Shown: positions 1 through 10,159 of the stretch, piece by piece
Numbering within the stretch: the first letter of the stretch is position 1
Layout: every line of letters begins with the position of its first letter
Assembly (NCBI GenBank): GCA_043803765.1
Contig: JAZDJQ010000012.1
Coordinates: 1,165 to 65,164, forward strand
Direction: 5' to 3'
DNA from: Candidatus Iainarchaeum sp.
GTDB taxonomy: Archaea > Iainarchaeota > Iainarchaeia > Iainarchaeales > VGJJ01
Length of the DNA: 64,000 nt
Position numbers and translations under genes: made by a program
Notes under the pieces: generated by a model
Seen by the model: the letters and a program-made list of their open reading frames with translations, nothing else
Databases searched by the model: none
Told to the model about the DNA's origin: nothing

Positions 1-1234
1 GGTAAATCGCTATATGATTTCGGATGTATTGAGTGAGATTTCCAATTTCAAACCGGATGTGGTGGGCGTGGCCGCCATCACCTCGTTGGCGCATGTCACG
101 AAGGAGATTTGTGATGTGATCAAGAATCAGTGGCCGACTATCACTATTATTCTCGGGGGCCCCCATCCCACGGTGATGCCGGAAAAATTGGCGGAGGAAA
201 CGCGAGCAGATATTGTGATTGCTGGCGAAGCGGATGGAATTATTAGTGATGTTCTGCGGGACTTGCCCGGATACAAGGAAAAACGCGTGGTGCAGGCGGA
301 AAAAGTCATGAAGTTAGACACGCTTCCTTTTCCTGCACGACACTTAGTAGATATGAAAAAGTACACTTCTCTCCCTAACACATACAAGAAGGATCCACAC
401 ACGTTTCAAGTGATGACTTCACGCGGATGCCCTTTCACTTGTACATTTTGTCATGATGCTCATGGAATATTTCGCCAGCGGAGCGTGGAAAATGTGATTG
501 GGGAGTTAAAAGAGTTGAAGGAAAAATACAGGATTAGGGAAGTGGCTTTTTGGGACGATATTTTCACGCTGAACAAACAGTGGGTTTTTCAATTCTGTGA
601 AGCATTGGAACGCGAAAAACTTGAATTGACATGGTCGTGCTATTCACGGTTAGACCTAGTGGATGAACCTATTCTTCGTGCGATGAAAAAAGCGGGGTGT
701 TGGAACATATTCTTTGGTATCGAGGCGGGTTCCCAAGACCTATTAGACAACATCAAGAAGAAGATGACCGTACCGCAGTTGGCCGAGAAAGTGAAGCTCG
801 TCAAGAAATGTGGAATTGAGATTCGTGGAAGTTTCATGATTGGATTGCCCGGGGAAACCCCTGAGAAGGCCCGCCAAACCATTCAGTTTGCGATTGATTT
901 GGATCCGGATTATGCGCAGTTCACGATTACGACTCCGTATCCCGGCACCGAACTTTGGCAGACCGCGGAGCAGTTCGGTACGCTGGATCGAAATCAGAAT
1001 TTCACAAAGTGGAACGAGTGGCAGCCCGTGTTTATTCCCACTGGATACAAGAATGGGCAGGAATTGTTAGATATGCACAAGGAGGCCTTCCGTCGATTCT
1101 ACACGCGCCCCTCATACATGCTCCGTCGCGCGTTAAAAGTGCGTTCCTTGGATGAAGTGAAGCGTAACCTCAAGGGATTGCGCGTTGTACTTGCCATGAC
1201 GTCCGGAAAGAAAGAAAAAAAAGTCTCCGCGTAA
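1..1234 (+). CDS. Cobalamin (B12)-binding radical SAM protein (class B), 5' partial
   Basis: B12-binding-like N-terminal region (VVGVAAITS...IILGGPHPT) is followed by a radical SAM CxxxCxxC motif (CPFTCTFC). The frame stays open back to position 2 and the protein lacks about 60 aa compared with paralogs at 3435-4964 and 24406-25863, so the gene starts upstream of the window. Confidence 0.7.
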   Translation, partial: VNRYMISDVLSEISNFKPDVVGVAAITSLAHVTKEICDVIKNQWPTITIILGGPHPTVMPEKLAEETRADIVIAGEADGIISDVLRDLPGYKEKRVVQAEKVMKLDTLPFPARHLVDMKKYTSLPNTYKKDPHTFQVMTSRGCPFTCTFCHDAHGIFRQRSVENVIGELKELKEKYRIREVAFWDDIFTLNKQWVFQFCEALEREKLELTWSCYSRLDLVDEPILRAMKKAGCWNIFFGIEAGSQDLLDNIKKKMTVPQLAEKVKLVKKCGIEIRGSFMIGLPGETPEKARQTIQFAIDLDPDYAQFTITTPYPGTELWQTAEQFGTLDRNQNFTKWNEWQPVFIPTGYKNGQELLDMHKEAFRRFYTRPSYMLRRALKVRSLDEVKRNLKGLRVVLAMTSGKKEKKVSA

Positions 1235-1248
1235 TTCCGGTTTTCACA

Positions 1249-2382
1249 TTATTTCTTTAAAATCGAGTGATACCATTCGAGTTGTTTCTTCACGATGACC
1301 TTCCATGCAAAGGTCTTGGCGAAAGCATGCGCATTTTTTCTCTGAATAGACAATTGTGTGGCGGTCATGGATTCGATTTCCTTCCATATACCTAATACTG
1401 CTTTCGTGTCGGAGTAATCGACAAGAAAACCCCTTCCTTGGGTGATGAACGAGGAGAAGCTCGGTATCGTGTTCAGGCAGAGAATTGCCCCATTGGCCAT
1501 GGCCTCGATGGCGCTGATGCCAAACCCTTCATATTCGGATGCGGAAACGAAGACATTAGATTCTTTCAAGAGGGACTTCCTCTGCGCTTCAGTTACATTT
1601 CCAAGAAAGATGATCTTTCCCATTCCTCCCTTCCGGAGCACGCGCTCTTCCAATTCTTTCTGAATGCCCTCCCAATCCTGTCCGGCAATCAACAGTTTGG
1701 CTTTTGGGTCGTGCGCGGAGTACTCGACGAATGCATCGATGAGCCGATCCACGCGCTTGTTTCGGGATAATCGTCCCAAGAAGAGGAATGTATGCCGTTT
1801 CTTCATCGGTATAGTAGAAGGGATTAATTCTTCCTCAATCCCGTTTGGAAGGATGATGGTCTTCTCTTGGGGCAATTCACAGAAGTGCATCTTGTCGTTC
1901 TCGCTCACGTATAGAATTCCATCTATTGATTTCCAAGAGGAGGGAAGGACAAATACGGAGTAAATCCACTTCAACCACCCCCTTTTTCGTGTGTGGAAAA
2001 ATCCTCCGTGCGTGGTAAGAATGAGCTTGGCGGAGAGTTTTTTCTTGCGCTGCGCCAATGCATCCATCCATGCACCCACTCCATGAATGTGAACAATATC
2101 CTTGTCCTGAGCGAACTTCATTAACTCATCCGCTGGAGGGGCTCGGTAGAACGAGAACCCTTTCGGGGGGACACGATGGATGATCACGCCGTCCTTCTCT
2201 TCGCGTGCCGGGAGGATGTTCCCTTTCGTGCACGTGTTGAATACAAGAATTTCCACATGATCCCCTTGTCTCGCTTGCTCTCTCGCACTCTGCCAAATAA
2301 CATTCTCTATTCCTCCAATGCATGGAATCGTATGATTTCCCACATGCAGAATGCGAAGCTTTTTTTCATTAGTCATTCCCAC
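1249..2382 (-). CDS. GT4-family (GT-B fold) glycosyltransferase
   Basis: C-terminal nucleotide-sugar binding signature EYEGFGISAIEAMANG. N-terminal domain is a GT4-like Rossmann fold (ILHVGNHTIPCIGGIENV). Confidence 0.75.
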   Translation of the reverse strand: MGMTNEKKLRILHVGNHTIPCIGGIENVIWQSAREQARQGDHVEILVFNTCTKGNILPAREEKDGVIIHRVPPKGFSFYRAPPADELMKFAQDKDIVHIHGVGAWMDALAQRKKKLSAKLILTTHGGFFHTRKRGWLKWIYSVFVLPSSWKSIDGILYVSENDKMHFCELPQEKTIILPNGIEEELIPSTIPMKKRHTFLFLGRLSRNKRVDRLIDAFVEYSAHDPKAKLLIAGQDWEGIQKELEERVLRKGGMGKIIFLGNVTEAQRKSLLKESNVFVSASEYEGFGISAIEAMANGAILCLNTIPSFSSFITQGRGFLVDYSDTKAVLGIWKEIESMTATQLSIQRKNAHAFAKTFAWKVIVKKQLEWYHSILKK

Positions 2383-3395
2383 GTCCTCCGGTCAATCAAG
2401 CCGATTCCTGCACCCAAAACAAAAACAAGGGAGCGAAGGAATACAAGGAAGATAGCTGCTGGAAGAAGGGCTCGGTGATGCATGAAAGTAAACGAAAAAA
2501 ATGAGGTGAAAATGGCATACATGAATGCAATAGTTGCGAGGATTGCCACTCCTAATAGGAATAAATCGGCTTTCAATGAATAAGCGTTGAGTAGAAAAAA
2601 TAATCCTAGCAAGAGTATCTCGAGTAGAAAAAAAGCGCCCATAAAAAATCCTGCTTTGAGTTCTTGGGGAGTATAACTATCATGAATGCTTTTCTCAGGG
2701 TGTTTAACGTACATTCGGGTCCGCCAATATGCACGAAAAAATTTAACTTTAAGATAATGTAGTAGTGTTGCCGGATGAGTATGATACACAATAGCAGTAG
2801 GAGAAAAAACGAGTTTCATTCCTTTCTCAGAAAGACGATAGGACAGTTCCGCGTCTTCTCCTGATGCTCTTGGAAATGTTTCATCGAATCCTTTTTCGGC
2901 GATGAATGTTTTTCGATGGTATGCAGCAGCATAGCTTCCTATCCAATCCATTTTCTTTGCTCTCTGCAGGTGAGTATAGCGATATTCAATATCTAATTGA
3001 TCGAACCGTGCCACCCATGATTGTTGACGGGTGCGATACGCTCCTTGTACTCCTACCACTTTCTCATCATGAAAGGGGAGAAGCATTTCGTGAATGAAGT
3101 TTTTTTCAGGAACACAATCACTATCCAAGAAAAAAATAATGTCTCCTTTCGCATGTTTTGCTCCATTGTTTCGTGCTTTCGCCGGACCTTGATTCGTTTG
3201 TTTGATTAGAATAATAGTAGAATAGGATTCCGCGATAATAGTAGTGTGGTCCGTGCTTCCATCATCCACGAGTATAATTTCGTCGGGTAGCACGGTTTGC
3301 TGGAGAAGCGCATCGACACAGGAAGGGAGTGTTTTTTCAGCATTGTATGCTGGAATAATGACGCTCACACTTGTTTTTTTTTTACGCGTTGTCAT
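2373..3395 (-). CDS. GT2-family glycosyltransferase with C-terminal transmembrane helices
   Basis: Carries VSVIIPAYNAEKTL...LVDDGSTD (GT2 DxD-type N-terminal domain). About four C-terminal hydrophobic helices resemble membrane-anchored polyprenol-phosphate sugar synthases. Overlaps the previous gene by 10 nt. Confidence 0.75.
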   Translation of the reverse strand: MTTRKKKTSVSVIIPAYNAEKTLPSCVDALLQQTVLPDEIILVDDGSTDHTTIIAESYSTIILIKQTNQGPAKARNNGAKHAKGDIIFFLDSDCVPEKNFIHEMLLPFHDEKVVGVQGAYRTRQQSWVARFDQLDIEYRYTHLQRAKKMDWIGSYAAAYHRKTFIAEKGFDETFPRASGEDAELSYRLSEKGMKLVFSPTAIVYHTHPATLLHYLKVKFFRAYWRTRMYVKHPEKSIHDSYTPQELKAGFFMGAFFLLEILLLGLFFLLNAYSLKADLFLLGVAILATIAFMYAIFTSFFSFTFMHHRALLPAAIFLVFLRSLVFVLGAGIGLIDRRTWE

Positions 3396-3434
3396 ATGAA
3401 AAATTCCTTTGATAATGAATGAAAAATAATCCCT

Positions 3435-4964
3435 TCATACCACGGGGGGAATACGTTGATTCGTCTCTCCTAATGAGGATTTTTCATTCGTGTTGAATAA
3501 ATATTTGAAGAATGTTCTTCCGCTCTTTACAAGACGGGGGAACTCGGATGGAGTAGTAATTCCTTCCCATATTTTGGCGGCAATAAAGCTTGGGCGCATG
3601 TAAAATTCTCTTCGTGCGTCATCACACGCCTGCACTAATTCACTAGATGACAGTTTGTCCGTAGATACGATCGTATTATGCGTTCCATCTTCGAGGAGCC
3701 AGTTTTCCCAGTTCTCCGATTTGATGGTAAGAAAATTGTTGGTTTTGGCCCACTCGTATGCTTCCGTTCCCGGGTACACCATTATAGGAAAAAATTGCAC
3801 CGTGTCGGGATTTACTTTTTTTGCAAATGCAACCGTTTCCCTAATCGTATCTTTTGTTTCTCCTCGGTTTCCCATCATGAAGCATGCATGCACTAATACG
3901 CCTGCTTTCTTCGTGTCTTTGAAAAACTGTTCAATCTTCTGAATATTCGTTCCTTTCTTGATGTTGTTTAGAATATCTTGTGATGCGCTTTCAACGCCGA
4001 CGCATACTAATCGGCAGCCTGCTTTTTTCATTATTTTCAGTGTTTCTAAATCAACATCGGCGCGCGAGTTGACCGTCCACGTCAACTTCAAGCCGCGGTC
4101 AATAACTTCTTGGCAAATTTCCTTCACTCGATTTCGATCAACCGTAAAAGTATCGTCCTCAATCATAATATCCTTTACGTAGGGTAAATGACGTGCAATC
4201 CATTCAAACTCATCTACGATATTTTTTACACTGCGTGAACGGAAATTATGCCCGGTGAATGTTTGGGGCCAATCGCAAAACGTGCAGCGGAAGGGGCATC
4301 CTCGGCCGGTGATAATAGTAACTTCCGGCCATAGAACAGAAGGATAGAAATAATCCTTAATATTCAAGTGCTTCTCCCATATTTGAGTAACGAAAGGAAG
4401 CTTATCTAAATATTCAACTGGAACATCAGGTGCGTCCTCGTTTTGAATAATTTCCTTTTTTTCATTTCGATAGGTTATTCCTTTCATGTTGTGATACGAT
4501 GTTCCTTTTTCCAAATGATTCGCAAGTTCAACACTGGTTAAATCGTACTCTTTACGTAATACTAAATCAACGGCGGGTGCAAGGGTGAGCGTGTTCTCCG
4601 ATACCGCGGAAACGTGCGGTCCGACCATTGCGAGTACAACGGAAGGAAGAACATTCTTGATCGATGCAGCAACGTTCGCATCATTCACCACAGAACTTGT
4701 CACAGTGTGCATGATGACAAGTTGAGGGTTGAATTCTTTTACTCGTTGAACCACTTCCTCAATGGTCATTATTTTTTTGGATGCGGTCGCATCTACTAAC
4801 TGAACCGTGTGTCCATTCATTTCAAGTGAACCTGCCGCATATCCTAACCAAATAGGATAGTAAACACACCCCCCCTTTGATACGGCAGGAGAGCGAGAGC
4901 TCTTGCTGAACTGAGCAAAATAGGGTGGATTGAGCAGAAGAACGTTGATACCCATTTGAATCAC
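3435..4964 (-). CDS. Cobalamin-binding radical SAM protein (class B)
   Basis: N-terminal B12-binding-like domain, CPFRCTFC radical SAM cluster motif, 509 aa. Paralogous to 1-1234 and 24406-25863. Confidence 0.75.
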   Translation of the reverse strand: MIQMGINVLLLNPPYFAQFSKSSRSPAVSKGGCVYYPIWLGYAAGSLEMNGHTVQLVDATASKKIMTIEEVVQRVKEFNPQLVIMHTVTSSVVNDANVAASIKNVLPSVVLAMVGPHVSAVSENTLTLAPAVDLVLRKEYDLTSVELANHLEKGTSYHNMKGITYRNEKKEIIQNEDAPDVPVEYLDKLPFVTQIWEKHLNIKDYFYPSVLWPEVTIITGRGCPFRCTFCDWPQTFTGHNFRSRSVKNIVDEFEWIARHLPYVKDIMIEDDTFTVDRNRVKEICQEVIDRGLKLTWTVNSRADVDLETLKIMKKAGCRLVCVGVESASQDILNNIKKGTNIQKIEQFFKDTKKAGVLVHACFMMGNRGETKDTIRETVAFAKKVNPDTVQFFPIMVYPGTEAYEWAKTNNFLTIKSENWENWLLEDGTHNTIVSTDKLSSSELVQACDDARREFYMRPSFIAAKIWEGITTPSEFPRLVKSGRTFFKYLFNTNEKSSLGETNQRIPPVV

Positions 4965-5178
4965 TAGGAATAAACATTTAGTATCCTATTCTTTATAAAA
5001 AAAAGCCCCCCTTCGAGCATTGTTCTATCAATGACTACTGCGCATAAAATAAATCATAGTAGAAGGCGGGCAAAGACGATGGATATTTCCATTAAAATTC
5101 TATCGTATAACAGGATACCTATGTCTTTTCGACAGATGATTATTCATCGTTTTTTTTTATGATCCTTTATTCCGACAT

Positions 5179-5646
5179 TTGCCTATTGACACCGTATTGG
5201 ATGTAGGAGCGGGGAATGGAAAAATGATTGATTATTTTACTGAAATCGGTAGAAAAATAACAGCCGTCGACCTTTACCCTACACGAAAAGATATACAGAA
5301 AATGGACATTCTTGACAATAAAATCCAAAGCAATAGTTATGATCTGGTCTATTCCGCCCATCTCATCGAACATCTTCACGACCCTGAAAAATTTGTATAT
5401 GAATTGATGCGCATATCAAAAAAATATATATGCGTAGTGGCACCACTTCCCGGAAAGAGATTTTGGGATCAGCCCGACCATGTGCGACCATACACCCAAG
5501 AGACGCTTAAGCGGGTGTTCCATCTGAACAAATGGATTAAGTGCTTTGAAATGAATCTCCCCGGTGCGGAACCCATCGCCGTCTTATTGTTTGATAAGGC
5601 GGATTCACGGATTTCGACTCTTCCTTCATATCTAAAAAAAAATTAA
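5179..5646 (+). CDS. Small class I SAM-dependent methyltransferase
   Basis: Motif I LDVGAGNGKMIDYF, then an acidic loop and motif-II-like LVYSAHLIEHL. Start uncertain. Confidence 0.5.
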   Translation: MPIDTVLDVGAGNGKMIDYFTEIGRKITAVDLYPTRKDIQKMDILDNKIQSNSYDLVYSAHLIEHLHDPEKFVYELMRISKKYICVVAPLPGKRFWDQPDHVRPYTQETLKRVFHLNKWIKCFEMNLPGAEPIAVLLFDKADSRISTLPSYLKKN

Positions 5647-6233
5647 TGACTGCATATATGGGGAATCTTGCGACATATAATAATCATATCTTCACGCAAC
5701 GAATCGGGAATAAGGGAGTGAACAATTTTTCTCAATGGAAAGAACCATTTGTTTCGGGCCCCATCCGAACTCTCTTCCGTGTAGGGAAAAAATTCCATCT
5801 TTTGGATGGAGAAACCCTCATTGTCCAACAATTTGCATAATGAGTCCGGGTCGAAGAGGGAAAGGTGCAGGGGCATCTCATATGAATGAGTGATGCGGTT
5901 GAGCCATGATTTCTTGTTCGGGGTTGAAAGCGCCAGCACGCCATTGTGGTCTAACACCCTCCAGCATTCCTGGATGAACGCGCGGGGGTTTTCCACGTGT
6001 TCAAGCACTTCCCCTGCAAGAATGCTGTTGAAGACGTGATCCTTGAAGGGCATCATCTGTCCGTCCCCGATGACTTGATTGGTTCGCGTGTGGATCAGTT
6101 CGATGTCGAGGGAGATAATGTATTCCGCAGGGATCTTTTTGAGCAAGTCCTCATGCAGGGTGCCCGCGCTCCCTCCCACGTCTAATACCGTTCCATAGAT
6201 GGAGGATAGTAAGGATTGGATACGCGTGGTCAT
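5643..6233 (-). CDS. Class I SAM-dependent methyltransferase (Methyltransf_11-like)
   Basis: VLDVGGSAGTL motif I, ...ISLDIE..., VLEHVENPRAFIQECWRVLDHNGVLALSTPN, typical of type-11 MTases. Confidence 0.6.
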   Translation of the reverse strand: MTTRIQSLLSSIYGTVLDVGGSAGTLHEDLLKKIPAEYIISLDIELIHTRTNQVIGDGQMMPFKDHVFNSILAGEVLEHVENPRAFIQECWRVLDHNGVLALSTPNKKSWLNRITHSYEMPLHLSLFDPDSLCKLLDNEGFSIQKMEFFPYTEESSDGARNKWFFPLRKIVHSLIPDSLREDMIIICRKIPHICSH

Positions 6234-6246
6234 ACGGTTTTTCTCC

Positions 6247-7011
6247 TTATTTATGGACGCCCTTCCATTCTTTTACGATTCGATTCGCGCGTGCAAGCTC
6301 ATCCACGCTTCCCGCATCCAGCCACTCTCCGCATATTTTGCTTGCCGCGAGGGTTCCGCGCAGGATATACGTGTTGTGAATATCCGTGATCTCCAATTCC
6401 CCTCGTGCGCTAGGTTTGAGGGTACGGATGATATCGAAAACGCTGGGTTTGAAGAAATATACGCCGATGGATGCCCATTGGGAAGGAGGGTTTTCTGGTT
6501 TCTCTATCAAATGCGTGACTTTTTCTCCATCCAGTACAGCGACCCCCATTTTTTTGGCCTCTTCCATAGTAGTCTCATACAATAGGATGCGTGCATCCTC
6601 AGTTCCGTTCTCGAATGCATCCGCGTAGGATTGAATAGAATCGGAGAGGATGTTATCCCCATTGATGGAAACGAATTTGCTATTTCCCACAAAGTCTTCG
6701 GCCAATGCGATGGCTTGAGGGAGTCCGCCAGCCTCGTCTTGTACGCGATACGTGAACTTAACGCCAAATTCTTTTCCGCTTCCCATGAGTTTGAAGATAT
6801 TTCCTGCGTGTTCCGTTCCTGTAATGATAAGAATGTCAGTGATGCCTGCTTCCTTGAGTGTTTGCAAGGGATAAAATATCATGGGTTTATCGTACACCGG
6901 AAGCAAGTGTTTGTTAGTGGAATTCGTGAGCGGGCGTAGGCGTGTTCCGTTTCCTCCCGCGAGAATGATTCCTTTCATTTTTTCACCTTTTGGAAATAAT
7001 CCTGATACCAT
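6247..7011 (-). CDS. Sugar-1-phosphate nucleotidyltransferase (RmlA / G1P-thymidylyltransferase-like, short form)
   Basis: N-terminal MKGIILAGGNGTRLRPLT signature of sugar nucleotidyltransferases, 254 aa. Confidence 0.75.
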   Translation of the reverse strand: MVSGLFPKGEKMKGIILAGGNGTRLRPLTNSTNKHLLPVYDKPMIFYPLQTLKEAGITDILIITGTEHAGNIFKLMGSGKEFGVKFTYRVQDEAGGLPQAIALAEDFVGNSKFVSINGDNILSDSIQSYADAFENGTEDARILLYETTMEEAKKMGVAVLDGEKVTHLIEKPENPPSQWASIGVYFFKPSVFDIIRTLKPSARGELEITDIHNTYILRGTLAASKICGEWLDAGSVDELARANRIVKEWKGVHK

Positions 7012-7967
7012 TTCTCCGTGTCATGCAGGCCTTCATGAATATCCATGCGTGCTTTCCAATTCAATACCTCTTCAGTCACTCGCGTATCGATGACGGGATG
7101 GTCTCGCTCATGCATGGAATGAGTTTCTTCCCATTCCACTGGAATATTCTTCCCCGATTCTTCTTGGATAATGTCTACCATCTCACGGATGGAGTAGGAT
7201 TTTCCTGTCGCGAGGGTGAGGGATTTTCCTTTGACTTGAGAAGAGGGGATTTTTTCATACATCGCGAGGAGTCCCGATACTGTGTCCGAGATGTGCATGA
7301 AGTCCCGCTTCAATTGTCCGTCTCCTCGCAGTTGGACTTTTTGATCGACGAATACTCCTTTCATGATTCTTGGGATGAGACGGGAGAAATTGTAGTCGTT
7401 GGATCCGTACACATTAGTGCTGCGCGCGATGGTTCCATTGATTCCATAGGTGTGGAAATAGCTCGCAGAGAGCACTTCCGCAGCCCACTTACTAGCATCA
7501 TAAGGGTGTAATTGGATGAGTTCTGGATTCCCGTGGTTGGAGGAGGGGGATTGGAACACGCGCACGGAACTCATGATCAATACCTGAGTATCCTTTTTTT
7601 GTTTGCGGAGGGTTTCCATAAGATTGAGGGTTCCATTCACGTTCACGTCCCATGTCTCGGTGGAATGTTGAGTCGACTTCCACGTGTCGGATTGGGAAGC
7701 TAGGTGGAATACCCCTTCAAATTCGTTCCCGGCGAACAGATCAGTTAGAAATCCAGCGTCGAGGATGTCTCCGGCATGGAGAGGAACGCGATCCAATCCG
7801 GGGATTCCTTTCAAATAGGGAGTTTGTCCGGGTGTGCGGGATATTCCATGGACTTCAAATCCTTTGTCCAACAATGTGCGTGCAAGGTGGGATCCGATGA
7901 ATCCATTGATTCCAGTCACCAATACATTGCGTGAATTTCCTTTGCTCATACGTTTTTCCCATCCCAA
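6975..7967 (-). CDS. NAD-dependent epimerase/dehydratase (SDR). N-terminus resembles GDP-mannose 4,6-dehydratase
   Basis: VLVTGINGFIGSHLARTLLDKGFEVHGI Rossmann motif, YDASK catalytic YxxxK. Overlaps the upstream nucleotidyltransferase by 37 nt. Confidence 0.65.
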   Translation of the reverse strand: MGWEKRMSKGNSRNVLVTGINGFIGSHLARTLLDKGFEVHGISRTPGQTPYLKGIPGLDRVPLHAGDILDAGFLTDLFAGNEFEGVFHLASQSDTWKSTQHSTETWDVNVNGTLNLMETLRKQKKDTQVLIMSSVRVFQSPSSNHGNPELIQLHPYDASKWAAEVLSASYFHTYGINGTIARSTNVYGSNDYNFSRLIPRIMKGVFVDQKVQLRGDGQLKRDFMHISDTVSGLLAMYEKIPSSQVKGKSLTLATGKSYSIREMVDIIQEESGKNIPVEWEETHSMHERDHPVIDTRVTEEVLNWKARMDIHEGLHDTEKWYQDYFQKVKK

Positions 7968-8105
7968 TTCTACTTAAACTGAGTTCCTATTTCACGAATC
8001 CATACCATACTTATTTTCCATGGTTAATAATGGATTTTGGTGCAAAACCCGATGGCTGACAGATATAGGCACTTTCTTTAAACTCGAATCGAACAGATCA
8101 TATTC

Positions 8106-9173
8106 ATGGCTTTGCGTATAGGGGTGGTGATTCCAGAGGAGAAAAATTGTGGAATCTACACGTACTCTCATTTTCTATTATCTGAACTGGAGAAAATCAA
8201 AGAGTTAGAAGTTGAATCCGTGTCTAACACGTGCAGTTCGGATAATGGAAAGTATGCGAGTCTGGCAAAACATTTGGGCAAATCATTTGACCTCGTGCAC
8301 ATCCAGTATGAGTTCGGCCGCTTCGGGAAATTTTTCGTGTCCGGAACGAGCACGCCTGCATTCTACAACGCATTTCCTTCCCACACGAAAGTGGTAACGA
8401 CATTACATGAACTTCCAAAGTCGAAGAATCCATTGGTTCGTTTCATGCATGAGCGGTTTCTTTCCACGATTCTCTCTCGTTCCAATGTCATCATCGTCCA
8501 CACGCAGGAGATGGCCCGCTTGAAAGAAAAGTACCCCTCTCACGCACACAAGATTCATGTGATCCCTCATGGGATGGTCACACCCAATGTTCTCAAAGAA
8601 AAGACGAATCTCCCCCCTTCATTGAAGGGAAAAAAAATCATTGGTTTTTTCGGTTTTGTAGTTCCGCACAAGCAAGTCGAGATGCTCATCGAAGCCTTGT
8701 CTGTTCTTCCTTCGGAGTACGTGCTGGTCGTCGCAGGCGGGACGCAGGGGCATGAGGACTACGTATCCTCACTCAAGCAGAATGCCGAATCGTTAGGAGT
8801 TTCTTCTCGCATTCACTGGACGGGTTTTGTTCCTGATTCCAAAATCGCCGAAACGCTTTCATGGATGGACGTGGTGGTGTTTCCCTATCGCCAAGTCACC
8901 GAGTCAGGAACACTGCACATTGCGTTAGGTCATCATCGGATCGTGCTGACGAGCACGTTGGAGGCATTCAAGGAGATCAAGGAAGCATATGGGTGTCTTC
9001 GCACATTCTCGCATAGAGAGGATATGATTTCTCTCATCCAATCACTCGTTATGGATATGAAAATTCGCAAAGCGATGGTCGCGAGCATGAAACGTTTCAC
9101 GCGGGATCGAAACTGGAAGACGGTTGCCCACCAACACGCGGAATTGTATGGTTGGCTCATGGAAAAAAAATAA
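8106..9173 (+). CDS. GT4-family glycosyltransferase
   Basis: GT-B two-domain architecture. The C-terminal domain has VVAGG...GFVPD...VVVFPY...ESGTLHIAL, typical of GT4. Confidence 0.7.
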   Translation: MALRIGVVIPEEKNCGIYTYSHFLLSELEKIKELEVESVSNTCSSDNGKYASLAKHLGKSFDLVHIQYEFGRFGKFFVSGTSTPAFYNAFPSHTKVVTTLHELPKSKNPLVRFMHERFLSTILSRSNVIIVHTQEMARLKEKYPSHAHKIHVIPHGMVTPNVLKEKTNLPPSLKGKKIIGFFGFVVPHKQVEMLIEALSVLPSEYVLVVAGGTQGHEDYVSSLKQNAESLGVSSRIHWTGFVPDSKIAETLSWMDVVVFPYRQVTESGTLHIALGHHRIVLTSTLEAFKEIKEAYGCLRTFSHREDMISLIQSLVMDMKIRKAMVASMKRFTRDRNWKTVAHQHAELYGWLMEKK

Positions 9174-9175
9174 TC

Positions 9176-10159
9176 CTATTTTATTGGGCGCTCTACCAAG
9201 GGCTTCCACCATTTTTCATTTTGTGCATACCATCGAATAGTCTCCCTGAGTCCTTGTTCGAATGGGACACGGGGTCTCCATCCGAGCTCATGTTCGATTT
9301 TCCTAGAGTCTAATGAGTATCGCCAGTCGTGTCCTTTTCGATCTTCCACGTACGTAATCATCTCGTCGCCCTTACCCATTTCCGCGAGAATGGATCGTGT
9401 AATTTCCATGTTGGTTCGTTCATTTCCCCCACCAATGTTGTAGACTTCTCCGCTTTTTCCTTTTTCTAGGACGCCCAATAGAGCAGCACAATTGTCTTTC
9501 ACGTGGAGCCAATCCCGAATGTTTTTCCCTTCTCCATACACGGGAACTTTTTTCTCTTGGATGAGATGAGTAATGAACAAGGGGATTAATTTTTCCGGAT
9601 ACTGATGGGTTCCATAATTGTTCGAGCTGCGGGTGATGCACACATCCATCCCATAGGTGGAATGGAAACTATACGCGAGACGATCGGCACCGGCCTTGCT
9701 GGCCGAATAGGGATTGCGGGGATTCAGGAGGCTTTCTTCCGTGAATGACCCGCTCATGATTTGACCATACACTTCATCGGTGGAAATCTGGACAAACTTT
9801 TTCACTTCATTTTTTCGTGCCGCATCCAGCAGGGTGAATGCTCCTTCCACATCCGTTCGAATGAATGCGCGCGCATCCTGAATGCTTCGATCCACATGAG
9901 ATTCGGCGGCGAAATTGATGACGGCATCGACACCCCGCATGGCTTTTTCCACAACCATCGGGTCGCAGATATCTCCTTTCATGAATGTATAGTGGGGATT
10001 ATTCTCTATCTCGACAAGATTTTCTTTTCTACCCGCATAGGTAAGCTTGTCGAGGTTGATGATTTCCCAATCCTCGTTTTGACGCAGGGTCTCTTTGATG
10101 AAATGGCTGCCAATGAATCCGCATCCACCCGTGACGAGAATCTTCATGCATGTACTCAC
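9176..10159 (-). CDS. rfbB: dTDP-glucose 4,6-dehydratase
   Basis: MKILVTGGCGFIGSHF, DKLTYAG, YSASKAGADRL (YxxxK), NYG...FIT motifs characteristic of RmlB. The likely true start is the MKILVTGG methionine near 10147. Confidence 0.8.
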   Translation of the reverse strand: MSTCMKILVTGGCGFIGSHFIKETLRQNEDWEIINLDKLTYAGRKENLVEIENNPHYTFMKGDICDPMVVEKAMRGVDAVINFAAESHVDRSIQDARAFIRTDVEGAFTLLDAARKNEVKKFVQISTDEVYGQIMSGSFTEESLLNPRNPYSASKAGADRLAYSFHSTYGMDVCITRSSNNYGTHQYPEKLIPLFITHLIQEKKVPVYGEGKNIRDWLHVKDNCAALLGVLEKGKSGEVYNIGGGNERTNMEITRSILAEMGKGDEMITYVEDRKGHDWRYSLDSRKIEHELGWRPRVPFEQGLRETIRWYAQNEKWWKPLVERPIK